Source of the DNA: Trichodelitschia bisporula
Taxonomy: Eukaryota
Assembly: GCA_010356995.1 (NCBI GenBank)
Contig: ML996704.1
Span: 124,001-188,000 of the forward strand
Reading direction: 5' to 3'
Length of the DNA: 64,000 nt
Made by a program: the position numbers and the translations under genes. This document shows, in pieces, positions 48,441 to 59,105 of this stretch (within the stretch, counting starts at the first letter, position 1; each line of letters starts with the position of its first letter). The notes beneath the pieces were generated by a model. That model searched no databases and was not told where the DNA came from. It was given only the letters and a program-made list of their open reading frames with translations.

Positions 48441-51299
48441 TCAAAACCCCTTAACAACCCCCCCAGCAACGCACCGAACGTCCCACCTCCAACTCTCCCC
48501 GCCCCTCCCAGCCGTCCTCCCCGTAAACCACCCCTCAGTCCAGCGTCTCCACTCCCCCTCCTCAATCCTCTGCCTGCGAATAAAAGTCGGACCAAGATCA
48601 AACTCCTCCCCAACCCACTCTTTCTCCTCACCCAGCGCCACACCGCCCCCAGTAGACGCCCCCTCATCAGCCAGATCTTCAATCCCGGCAAACGGATCCT
48701 CTTCCTCCTCAACCGAGACACTCCCCGGCCCGCCGCCAAACCCGCCATCGCTGATGCCGGCTAGCTCGCCTTTGGCCGCAGCGGCCATAGTACGTGCGTC
48801 GACCTTGAGCCACTTCATGCGATCGGGGTCGAACACCATCCCGCGTTCGATACGCGGCCCTTTGGAGCCGCCGTTGACCTGCGCAATGAGTGCGGGGCGC
48901 GGCGGACTGGCGTTGTTCTGGCGGGGCGCGGGAGCAGCGGTATGATGGGCCGTGTAGTTGGGCAGGGTGTGCAGCGCGGACGTCAGAGCCGATGGGGTGG
49001 AATGCGTATGATGATGGTGAGCGTTGTTGTTCCCGTGCGTAGGATGAAGCGGGAGCGTCGATGTAGACGGATTATCAAACCCAGAGAGCGCGTGGTCGTT
49101 GCCCTCCCAGCGGCCGAGGAGGGGGTTGAACGTCATGCCCTTTTCGTCTGCGGCTGTTAGTACACCTTTCGTAAAGTAGATAGGGGACTCACTCTTCGCG
49201 ACACCACCCGTCATCTGCCGAATCAGCACCGGTCCTTTCCGCGGACCACCACCGACACCAACGTCCTTCTTGCGCGCCGCAGTGGGGCTGTTATGCGGGC
49301 TGCGCGCCGCAACCTGCGCCTTCCAATTGATACCCGTCGTAGACACAGGCTCACCGCTACGCGGCCGCGTGCCATTGAGCGACGAATGGCTAACCGCAGC
49401 AAGACGCTGCTCACGCGCATTACGGCTAGCCGCCGTATCGCGAGCAAAACGCGGGGTCGTATCCGGCTTCGAAGCAGGCGCAAAAAGCGTCGGCGTCACC
49501 GGCTTGGGGGCCATGTATGGTCTCGGAGGGTGGAGTGCCTTTACTGTTTGAGACCCGACGGTCAGATTCAACGAGCCACTCGGCTGGTGCGAAGTCGGCG
49601 GCAGAGGCGAGGTGCCCGCGCGCTCGGCTGGGGGCGCCAGGTACGGTTTCGGAGCGTGGACTGGCTTGATAGTGTGAGACCCTGAGGGCAGATTTAGCGA
49701 GCCGCTCGGCTGGTGCGAAGTCGGCGGCAGAGGAGAGGTGCCTGCGCGCTCAGCTCCAGGCGGGTTGAATGTGTTCAGTCCGATGCGGCTGCGACTTGCG
49801 TGGCGCAAAGTACGCGGAAGGGTACGATTGGCAGGCTCCTTCAAAAACTTACTCTCCTTTGTCGCACTCGTCGGCAGGTCGTCAAACCGCTCGAGCTCGC
49901 TGCCATCACCAAACGTGCGCGTCTTCTTGACGTTCAAGGGACGGGTGGCAGCGTTGCGTGCAAGAGAGAGAGGAGCGTGGCCGTGGGCATGATGATTCTG
50001 CGTCTGGCCCGGGTTGTGGCGCCGGCTCGGCGTGTCGACCACATTCTCAATCGACATGCGGCTGAGGGAGCGCGCCAGCGGCGACTGCGGCCGCATCGAG
50101 TGCGCCGAGTTGTCCGATGGGAAGCGCTGATGGCTACCGCTGCTCTTGGTAGCGACATGGTGAGACTGCGACGTCGAGACGCCAGCGGGCAGAAACGGAA
50201 TAGAGGGACGGTTCGACAGCGACGCAGGCGTGCGGTTGCTGAGAACGGGAGCCGAACGCTTCGACCGGAGCAGCTGTGCGCTCGTCGTCGTAGGCGCAGC
50301 ACGGTTCATGCGCGTGATGTTGTGACCGCCAGACTCAAAGACGGGATCCAGCTTGGACCCTTTGAGATTCGCCGGCCGCGGGATGCGCGACGCGCCGAGA
50401 CGCTCGTGGAAAGTAATTGTGGTGGAAGTGGTGCGCGACGGCGGCCTCGTCGTCTTCGGCACCTCGATCTTGACGTTGCGGTTGATCTTGCGCTTCGTGT
50501 CGATGACCTCAGCACCAAAGTCGAGCCCAGCGGAGAAGTCATCATCCTCGACAACAGGTGCGCGAGGTGGAGACGGCGGCGGCGGCACTGGCGATGGTGA
50601 GGGTTGAGGTGAGGGCTCCTGCGGCGCAGATGTCATAGCACGCGCCTGCTCCTTTGCCTCTTGCTCCTGGCGGTGTTTGAGCTTGATCTCGAAGTTGATG
50701 GGTTCGTTGGGCAGGACCAAACCCCCAAGGTCGTCATCCTCGCTCTCGAACGTCATGCAGCTGCCCAAGCTAGGGCTCATAGCCGAGACAGACGAACTCC
50801 GACCGCGATGTTCGTGGCGCGTGCCGCCAAAGCGCACGCCCAAGCTGCCCTCGGCCCACTCCGAGTCAAAGTCGTCATCGGCATTGATTGACACGTTGGA
50901 CACGTTGGACGAGCGGTCGCCAAGCTTAAGCTTTAGGCCGCCGTCAAACGCGCTCGGCGCAGGGCCGAAATCATCGCTCCAGTCGTCGGCAGCATTGCGA
51001 CGGTCCTTCTTCATTCCCAAGCGCTTGATGCTACCACCGAGGAGCGCCGAAGGGGGAATATTGTTGGGGATGGGGATGCCGACTTGCTTCGCGGAGGTGA
51101 CGGCGTGCGACGCGGAAGTCTCGTCGTTTGGAGCTACCAGCACCTGCCATTCCTCATCGGCGTTGGACTCGGAGCGTACTGATTGTCGCGACGAGATGCT
51201 GGGTGTGGCATTAGAGGCGGTTGCTAGCAGCGGAGTTCCGAAGAGATCGCCCTGGAAGTCGACGTCCTCGTCCCAGTTTTCCACGTCGGCGAGCGGCAT
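48441..51299 (-). CDS. byr4: Byr4/Bfa1-like septation initiation network GAP component
   Basis: VENWDED.DF, AGIP-like GIPIPNNIPPSALLGGSIKRLG, WAEGSLGVRFGGT, FGDGSELERFDDLPTS, EKGMTFNP...RWEGN, GMVFDPDRMKWLK, DPFAGIEDL, EEFDLGP.FIRRQ..EE..W. In-frame intron 49148-49192. Confidence 0.88.
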   Translation of the reverse strand: MPLADVENWDEDVDFQGDLFGTPLLATASNATPSISSRQSVRSESNADEEWQVLVAPNDETSASHAVTSAKQVGIPIPNNIPPSALLGGSIKRLGMKKDRRNAADDWSDDFGPAPSAFDGGLKLKLGDRSSNVSNVSINADDDFDSEWAEGSLGVRFGGTRHEHRGRSSSVSAMSPSLGSCMTFESEDDDLGGLVLPNEPINFEIKLKHRQEQEAKEQARAMTSAPQEPSPQPSPSPVPPPPSPPRAPVVEDDDFSAGLDFGAEVIDTKRKINRNVKIEVPKTTRPPSRTTSTTITFHERLGASRIPRPANLKGSKLDPVFESGGHNITRMNRAAPTTTSAQLLRSKRSAPVLSNRTPASLSNRPSIPFLPAGVSTSQSHHVATKSSGSHQRFPSDNSAHSMRPQSPLARSLSRMSIENVVDTPSRRHNPGQTQNHHAHGHAPLSLARNAATRPLNVKKTRTFGDGSELERFDDLPTSATKESKFLKEPANRTLPRTLRHASRSRIGLNTFNPPGAERAGTSPLPPTSHQPSGSLNLPSGSHTIKPVHAPKPYLAPPAERAGTSPLPPTSHQPSGSLNLTVGSQTVKALHPPRPYMAPKPVTPTLFAPASKPDTTPRFARDTAASRNAREQRLAAVSHSSLNGTRPRSGEPVSTTGINWKAQVAARSPHNSPTAARKKDVGVGGGPRKGPVLIRQMTGGVAKSESPIYFTKGVLTAADEKGMTFNPLLGRWEGNDHALSGFDNPSTSTLPLHPTHGNNNAHHHHTHSTPSALTSALHTLPNYTAHHTAAPAPRQNNASPPRPALIAQVNGGSKGPRIERGMVFDPDRMKWLKVDARTMAAAAKGELAGISDGGFGGGPGSVSVEEEEDPFAGIEDLADEGASTGGGVALGEEKEWVGEEFDLGPTFIRRQRIEEGEWRRWTEGWFTGRTAGRGGESWRWDVRCVAGGVVKGF
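49503..49754 (-). repeat. 126-nt (42-codon) intragenic tandem duplication in byr4
   Basis: AERAGTSPLPPTSHQPSGSLNL occurs twice; cggctggtgcgaagtcggcggcagagg is at 49581 and 49707. Confidence 0.9.
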
Positions 51300-52055
51300 C
51301 TTTGCCGGGAGCTTGCGAAGCTGGCGTGTCCGACGCGCAGCAGTCGCGATTGATGGTGTGTCGCAGCTGCAGTTGTTGAGTAGTAAACAAGGTGGTTTGC
51401 GTTGAGGAAGTGGTGGTTGGATAGCTTCCAACTGATGCAGTCGGGTGTCGGAGGTCGGGGGTGTGTGAATGTGGTGGGCGGGTGGAGAAAGTGCGAAAGG
51501 GTGGAGGTTGGGGTTGGGGGGGGAAGGCGGCGGGCGTGTGCTGTTCTTGCTTATCGATTACATAAGGCGCAAACAACGCGACTTGGCGGTCAACTTCCTC
51601 AAGGAGCAGCCAGTAGAGACAGCGATGCAGGTGAACAAGGTGCAGGACAAGCCGAGCAGGCTGCAGGTCAGAGAACGTCAAGGACAGGAAAAAGAAGTAA
51701 AAACACCAAAGACACGCGAAGCTGACGCGAACTGCAAATCCCTCGAACCACCACTTGCGCTGCAAGATATCGCAAGAAAAGCAGAACACAGAGTGACAAC
51801 AAGTCCACGAACGCGACAGACGAGGAAAAAGGATCAAAAAAGGCCACGACTGCAGGCTTCTATTAGAACAGGCAGCCAACAGCGTGTAATTATTTTTCCT
51901 CTTCCCCATGTTTCACCTACATTCCCCTTAAACTCCCTCCGCCGGACCGACATCTCGCCCCTCTACCGTATCGCCAATCTCCAATCCCCAAACCTCATCA
52001 AACGCCTCCCCCACCTTCCCCACACTCTGTCTGCACCTCAAACACTACCACGAAC

Positions 52056-53660
52056 ATGTCCGCCCCAGACGCTCCACGCGGCCACATTGTCAGCCTCCCG
52101 CGCCTGACCTCCGACCCGCCTATCCTCGCCCAGATCCTCCCCTCTGATGTATCCAAGTCCAAGTCCCCTCTGAATCTCCAAATCATCGCCACTGACGGGG
52201 CCCTCGTCTTCTCCGCTACGCGTAACTGACCCCCCCCCCCGGGCTAGCCCATCACTTAACCTATTACTTCTATTAACTCCCCAAGTGACCCCGGCACTCC
52301 TCCCCTCGCTCCGTGCACCCTCCTTCACGGGGCCAGAAACTGATATCGAAACCGCGCTGCGCCGCACGCTGCTTGATGAGACGTTTGGCGATGGCAACAC
52401 CGACAGTGTCGAGCATGCGCTCAAAGGCCTCGAGCTGGTGGTCCCGCACGTCGATGACGATAACCTCCAGCTGGCCTGGCGACTGAACGACGGCAAGAGC
52501 GTCGTAAGTGCCTCATTCCCTCCTCCATCATGACTCGTGACACTCTTTTTGGGTTTCTCTCCATCACGAACATATGAAACCAAATTGGCGATCATTTGTC
52601 GGAGTGGAACGCGTCGCGCGTTTGCAAACAAACAATGGCGCACGGCTATATCATGCCTCTTATACCTCGCGTGTCTCTGTTCCAGCCTCCTCGGCTTTCA
52701 CCTGCCAAACTCGTCTCCACACTCACCTGTACCTCACAGACCCCACTAGCAACCCTCCCCCTCGAAGCAAGTTCAGACACAGAAATAGACCCCCTAGCCT
52801 GGCTCTACCTCTCCACAACCCGGACACAGACCCTCCTCACGCGACTCCGCGAAACCGAGGCCCTCCTCGCAACCCGCAACCGCGCCCTCAACGCCATCAA
52901 AACCGAACTCAGCACTTTCGTTGAACGAAAAAAGGCCCACGATGCCAAACTTCTCGATGGCTTCGCCAAGGTTGTCAACAGCAAAAAGGTCAAGGTACGC
53001 GAGTTGACTCGCGTGCTTGGAGGTGTGAAGATGGAGGGTGGGATTGGGGGAGGAAGGGTGGGCGGTGGAGCGACGGCTGGAGACCCGGGAGAGGCGGCGA
53101 AGGAGGCGACTCCGGATGACGACGACACGGATGCTGATGCTCAAACCACAGCCTCCGACCGCGACGCCGAATCCGCCGAGCCATCGGCCTCGCCTTCCCC
53201 ACCCCGCTCAGCTAAAGCAACGCGCACCAAACCCCCCACCAGAGCAGCCAAAGCAGCCAAAGCTACCAAACCGCTCGCCAAATCTACGCGCACCACGCGT
53301 GCAACACGTGCATCGCGCGGCACCAAACGCGCCTCCGTCCCCTCCGACTCAGAGTCCGACTCAGACGATGCCTTCGAAGCCCTTCCCTCGAAGTCCGCCA
53401 AGGGCAAGGAGAAGGGCGATGAGCCCATGCCTGATGCTGAGCCCGAGTTGCCTCCGCCGCGGAAGCTACCTTTTGGGAAGATTGGTGGGAAGGGGAGGGG
53501 GACTGCGCGGGGTGCGAGTGCGGCGCCCGAGCCCGTGCTGAAAACTGAACCTCTTTCTACGGGTAAAAAGGCGCCTCCAGCGAGGAAGGCAGCTCCAGCA
53601 AAGAAGGCGACCCCGCCGTCGGTGGATGAGGATAGTGAGATGACGGATGATGAACTGTAG
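52056..53660 (+). CDS. XRCC4: XRCC4-like NHEJ factor (head domain, coiled coil, disordered tail)
   Basis: LNLQIIATDGALVFSATL, LATLPL...EIDPLAW, coiled coil ending LLDGFAKVVNSKKVKVREL (XRCC4 F..vLN.KK.KIR), acidic end EMTDDEL. Introns ~52222-52285 and 52504-52739. Confidence 0.75.
52528..52653 (+). ncRNA. Candidate intronic structured RNA (H/ACA-like hairpin-hinge-hairpin)
   Basis: Stems tcgtga/tcacga and aacgcg/cgcgtt, ANANNA (aaacca) between them, ATA near the 3' end; lies in an intron about 5 times the local norm. Confidence 0.35.
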
Positions 53661-54148
53661 CTCCTAGTCAACGGGATGCTGTGAACGGGGGGACATGAGA
53701 GGCACGAAGTACGAATGCTGAACTGACGAGGGTGGGCGGGTTTGAACCTTGAGCTTTATTTTGCGTGTTGAATCGGCAAGGCTGCTTGTTAGCGTGTGTC
53801 TGGAAACAGCATCTCCCACCGCGGGCTACATATGCGCGTATGTCAAAGTTCGACGGGTGCGATGTCCCCGTTGGATATCCTGCGGGAGCATCAATGAGCG
53901 ATGAGTGTAAAAATGACTGTAAAAATGCTGTCGATGAATTGTCCAAAGGCTTTTATAGCCATCGCCCAGAAAAAAAAAGGGCAGTCACAACCAGCATCCC
54001 TGCTCGAGCCGAATGATGCTGAAGGTCACACGAAACCGGGGTTTTAAGTCTCACCTCGATCATCAAAAATCGGTACCTGCAGAAGGCGCGATCATCCCAT
54101 CGAGGCTCACGCATTCAGGGACAAAAGGACGAAAAATAGGTATCAGGA

Positions 54149-54237
54149 TGGTCAATACGGGGGTCGAACCCGCGACCTTGGCGTATACATGAAGACTCAT
54201 ATTAGCACCACGCTCTAACCAACTGAGCTAATCGACC
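54149..54237 (-). tRNA. tRNA-Ile(AAT) with 15-nt intron
   Basis: GGTCGAT TAGCTCAGTTGGTTAGAGC G TGGTG CT AAT A [TGAGTCTTCATGTAT] A CGCCA AGGTC GCGGG TTCGACC CCCGT ATTGACC A; an oligo-T Pol III terminator follows. Confidence 0.95.
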
Positions 54238-54403
54238 TGATTGATGGGTGGGTAAAGACTACATAAATATGTGTAGCAAAAATGCATTATTCTCCGTTCA
54301 GAGAACATTTCGAGCTCTGCGATACGGGCGATTTCACGAGTAACAGGACCACGATCTCTCTTCGCTTTCACGCATCATACACCTATCCAGGTACCATCTA
54401 TCC

Positions 54404-57400
54404 CTACCACCCCTCAACCTGCACCGCCGCCCCCCTCCCCTCCCCAAGCCCTACAACAACCCCACCCACCCCATCCACAACAGCACACTCCACAACCCCC
54501 CCAACCTCAGTCTCACACCCCTCCTCCCCCGCCCGCCCCACCCCCCTAACCTCCACCCCCGGAACCGGCAACCTGCCCGCCATCAACGGCACAAGGGGCA
54601 CCGCCCACTCCTTGCACTCCCCCTCCTTCGCCCAAAACCGCCCCCTCCTCATCCCGCCCACAAGCCACAAACCCGGCGGCGCCTCGATCTCATACACAAA
54701 TTCCAACTTCTCCGGCATAGGGCCAACATCCCACCGGCGCGTTTGCACGATGCGTAATGTTGCGGGGATTAGCGTGCCGGTAGTGTATACACCCCCGCTT
54801 GGCGCAGGAAGATCGAGGACGGCGGTGTGCAGCACGCGCAGTCGCGGGAGGGGGACTTTGATCGTTACGCGCCGGGGGTCTGGGTGGTTGGGCAGCAGGC
54901 CCACCCACAGGCACGCTTTATGCCATTCCTCGAGGTACTTGCGAAGCGGCCCCGCGGTGCTAGGCGGGAGAACGTCGACTAGGGATTCCCAGGCCATGTC
55001 CGCGAAGGGCGGGACGCGTACGCGGGACAGCAGCGCTACTTCTTCGTAGTCGGCTGGCGTGTAGATTTGCCGGACGCGATCGACGAACGCGCGGCGCAGC
55101 AGGCCAATCAGGGGGTGGAAGGGGCTGGCGAACAGGGGTGATGCGAAGTTCGCGCTTAGTGAGGACAGGACGACATCTTCGAGCACGCGGTAGTCGACGG
55201 CTAGGGTTAGGGGTTTCTCATCGGCGGCGGGCTGGCGGGGCGGGGTGCCCTCGGCCCTGGCGATTTGGCGGATTTGGTACATTAAGGTTGCGGGTTGGGC
55301 GGGGAAGACGGTTAGCGGTGTAGGCGCGACGGGGGGCGCGGTGATTGCGAAGCGGTCTGTGCCGGTGAGGGAGACGGAGAGGATGTCGAGCGGGATGGGT
55401 TTTGAGGTGCGGATGTTGAAGCGAGAGTAGAGGAGGGTGGATTTGAAGAGGTCGTGGACGTTGACGTCGAGGGGGAGGTCGTTGGTTATGGTGGGGGAGG
55501 AGATGTAGTCGAAGACGCCGTGGGGAGTGGTGTATTTTATGTCGAGCTTGAGGGAGACGTCGGGGATATTGTCTTCTAGGTCGTAGGGTACTTTGAAGAC
55601 GAGCTTGCTGCGCAGTGGAAGGGATGAGAATTCGATGACGCCGGGTGCGGATATCTTCTTTAATTCTCCGTCGCCGGACACGTATACTGTAGATGCTGTG
55701 CGAAGCCGGAGACCGCCGGTGGCAGAGCGGATGTGGACTTCGGCTTTCTGGATCTCGTTCCAGCCACTCTCACAGGCAATCTCCAGCGTCCGAGGCTGGT
55801 CGATGAAGATATGCCTCGATAGCGCCGCAGTCACATGAAAGGCTTCCGGGGCAGGATAGCACAGGATTCGCGCCTTGATAGGTGTCGTCATCGTCTGATG
55901 CGAACCGGGAAGGTTGAGAGCCGCCTTTTCGAGGCCCGTCGGCTCGTGCACAAAGGCGATCTTGTTGGCCTTGAGCATGACCTTGTCGACGACGAAGGTA
56001 CCGTCCGTGGTAACCTGCAATGTCAGCGACTTTCGCCACTTTCGCGAAACCCTGGCCGCTTACATTCGTCCCAACCTCAACCCAGTTGACGCCCTCCTTG
56101 AGCACCGCCGCTTCCGCGCTGTCAAGCCAAATCTCTCTACCGCCCGCCGGTATACTCCGCAGGCGTACGCGCGCCGCATCAACCTTCAAGTTGCCAGACA
56201 GCAGTTGCCGGACCTTGACCCGCAGCATGAATCCGTCACGGTCGTCTCTATGCTTGATATACGGCTCCACCTCCACATACTCAAAGTACTTTTCGGCCGG
56301 AATGGATAACTCGTACGGCAGTTCCTTCGAGCAAGTGACGATCTCTTTCAGGAGCTGCTGCCCTTCGGCCTCGCCGCTCCGAAGCCCTTTACTTGAGTTA
56401 CCGCGCCGGCGGGCAACGATTTGCGCGAGGAGGGCGAGCAGGGCGCGCACATGGTCATCCTTGCGGTGCAGTTTCGCAAGGCAGGCGGCGTGGACTTTAA
56501 GCAGGACTGTCTCGATGGCGCTCCATTGGTGGGAAGAGTAAAGCGGAGTGACACGGCTGAGGTAGTTGGCTGCGCTGACATAGTCACCCGAATCGCTGCG
56601 AGAAATTAGCCTACGTAGACATGAAGCGCACAACTTACTATTTGATCAGCGCCAAATCGGCAGTGAGCATCTCAACAACCTTCGTACTCCGAGTGGCAAG
56701 GACGTGGTCAAGTACCATGTTCGTGAGTTTCTACACCGTTAGCTTCAGCTTCATTGCATCGCGAAGCACCCACCTCATAGACCTCCCTCAGATCTCCAAG
56801 CGACTGTGTAGCACGGATCATGTCGCTCTGACACACGCCAGCGAGGCTTTTCTCCTCTCCGTCCTGACTCTCCGCATCCTCATCCAAGTCCACGTCCTCC
56901 ATTCCGTCTTCCTTTGCTCCCTCAAATCGGCCAAACCCGACTTCCCAGCCCCGCACCTGCCCAACCCGCTCCAACACCCGTCGCTGTAGCAGCCCCAGTT
57001 CCGCCCGCCGCCCGGCCAGCGTCTCCAGGTCAGACGCGCGGTCACGGGAGAGCATGCGCGAGTCCGATGCCAAGGCCGCTTGCGCGAGCCTGTCGAATAT
57101 GGCCTGGGACTCGTTCTTGGAGAGATTTTGGGAAAGTGAGCTGGATCGCGGCGGATGTGACGGGTCCACAGGCTGGCGACGAGCCACAGCAGATACGGTG
57201 CGCGTAGTGGTCTCCTCGAGGAGCTGTTGTGCGACGGCATATGTCCACGATGAGACCAAGTTATCGATTAGGGTATCAGAAGCAGAAACATCATAGGTCC
57301 TTGAACTGGTCTCGTGAGCATGTTCCTCTGCGGCAAGAATGCGGCTATACATACGCCGTGTGCAAGTCAGCCCGCATTAACCGCGACACTGAGCTGATAA

Positions 57401-58701
57401 AGGATGATCCACGAGCACAGAGATCCGACAACGGTCCTAAATCCTCAGTCTCGAGGATGTACTGTGTACGCGCCGCTTCATCCTGGATGCTGGCGAGCTC
57501 ATCGGAGTGCGGAATACCCATGCGCAGCAGGATGGCCATTTGCCGCGCGAAGATGTAGCACTTGAAGTCGAATATCGAAATGTTGTTTGAGAGCACCAAC
57601 TGGCGGTAATTTTTCCTCTTTGCAGAAATCGGCCGCGCGAAGAGGTTCTCCAAGGCGGCGTCCCCTTCCCCCTTCGCACCCCATATGAGAAGATCCTTGA
57701 GCTCCTCGGTGCTCCCCAAAAAGGAATCGCTCCGACGAGAGCCTCCTTCTTCGCTGAGCTCCCGAATTGCTGTGTCGAGACCGAGACTTAGTTCATCATA
57801 TCCCATGAGCGCATCCTCCACCAGCCCTGCACTCTCGAATCCGCGCGCCAGGCCCTCCTTGAGCACAAAGAACGTGCAAAAGTTCCACCCAGGTAGCGAT
57901 CGCTGAGCATCGCGCTCTCGAATGTCTTCCTCGTACTGCGAGACGCGCAGATTGAACGACGCGAGAATGAGCGCCTTCATCTTCGCAACCACATCTTGCC
58001 ACGCCTCTTCCCGCAGTTTTGCACCACCCTCCTCATCCACATTTCCAAAAGCCTCTCCATCAGGCACAGCCGAGGGGTCCAACCGCACCTGCGCCACGCG
58101 GTCCATGGCCCCCTTGCCTCCAATATTGAAGTCCGCCTTCAGCTTCTCGAGGATCGAACTCCCGCCCCGCCCCAGTACGCCCTTACTCTTCTCGCCGCCC
58201 TCCTTACGCGCGCTAGACTGCACCGCAGCCAAACTCCCCGGCATGACAACATGCAGCACAAGCCACTCGCACGCATCATGATTCTCCTGACCACCGCGCG
58301 CCGCGCCCGCCGACGCCGACGCCGGCCCCAGCGAGCGCACCCACTCACGCACAGCCTTACGCGCCGACGCCTTGTACGTATCCGAGTCGTCGCAGCGCAG
58401 GAGGTATATCTTCAAGTAGGGCGTGCGGCGCAAGCCCGGGATCTGGTGACGGCGGTCATCCTGCACGGCGCCCGCGGCGCTGGGGACGAGCTCGACGTGC
58501 AGGAAGTCGATGGAGCGGAGAGGGCGGGTCGGCGATTTCCAGTGCAGGTTGCGCAAGGGGAGGTGTGCGCGGAAGGTGTCGGCGACGAGGGGGAAGAGGT
58601 TGGAGGGGTCGGCGTATTCGACTGCGGAGTGTTAGCTATGCGAAGATTGGTGCGCTGGACGGACCGGTGACTTTGGAGATGGGGGCGCTGCCACCTTCCA
58701 T
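54404..58701 (-). CDS. TRS130: TRAPPII subunit Trs130/TRAPPC10 (TMEM1 family)
   Basis: VTVEYADPS.LF, PLRNLHWKSPTRPLRSI..L.V, RRHQIPGLRRTPYLKIY, QYEEDIRE.DAQRSLPGWNFCTFFVLKEGLARGFE, LPLDVNVHDLFK, WLVGG.RRG.F. About 5 short introns. Confidence 0.92.
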
Positions 58702-59105
58702 GGTGAGGCTCAGGAAGATTATGAATTAAGCGGAGGTATCATTTCCGGGCTGCAATGGTAGAAAAGGTTCCACGGCAGCATGTGCGTGAATGCGATGTCG
58801 CCGTTTCTGAATGGACATCACGAAACGCGTCTGTGGCGCATGTGTGGCGCAAGCGAGCTTAGATTCCTGCGTACGGTATTCCGTACATCCGTACAACGTC
58901 AACGACGTCGAATGCTATCCAACAAACATCTTTCTTCTAGCGATGTCTATGCTCTCGACGTTCGAGAAAAGGTATTGTAAGATGAGCTCGGAGGCTGATG
59001 CTGTTACCCAAATAGTCTATTCGCTGGTCTTTTGTCGATCCTCCGCTACAATCCCACCTCTGCTTCGTCTCGAATTCACCCCCAGGACTCAAGAATGAGG
59101 ACGCT

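Noticed and set aside
25208..51299. sepA and byr4 as a cytokinesis gene cluster
   Set aside because: Separated by ~18 kb and several unrelated housekeeping genes; proximity is plausibly chance.
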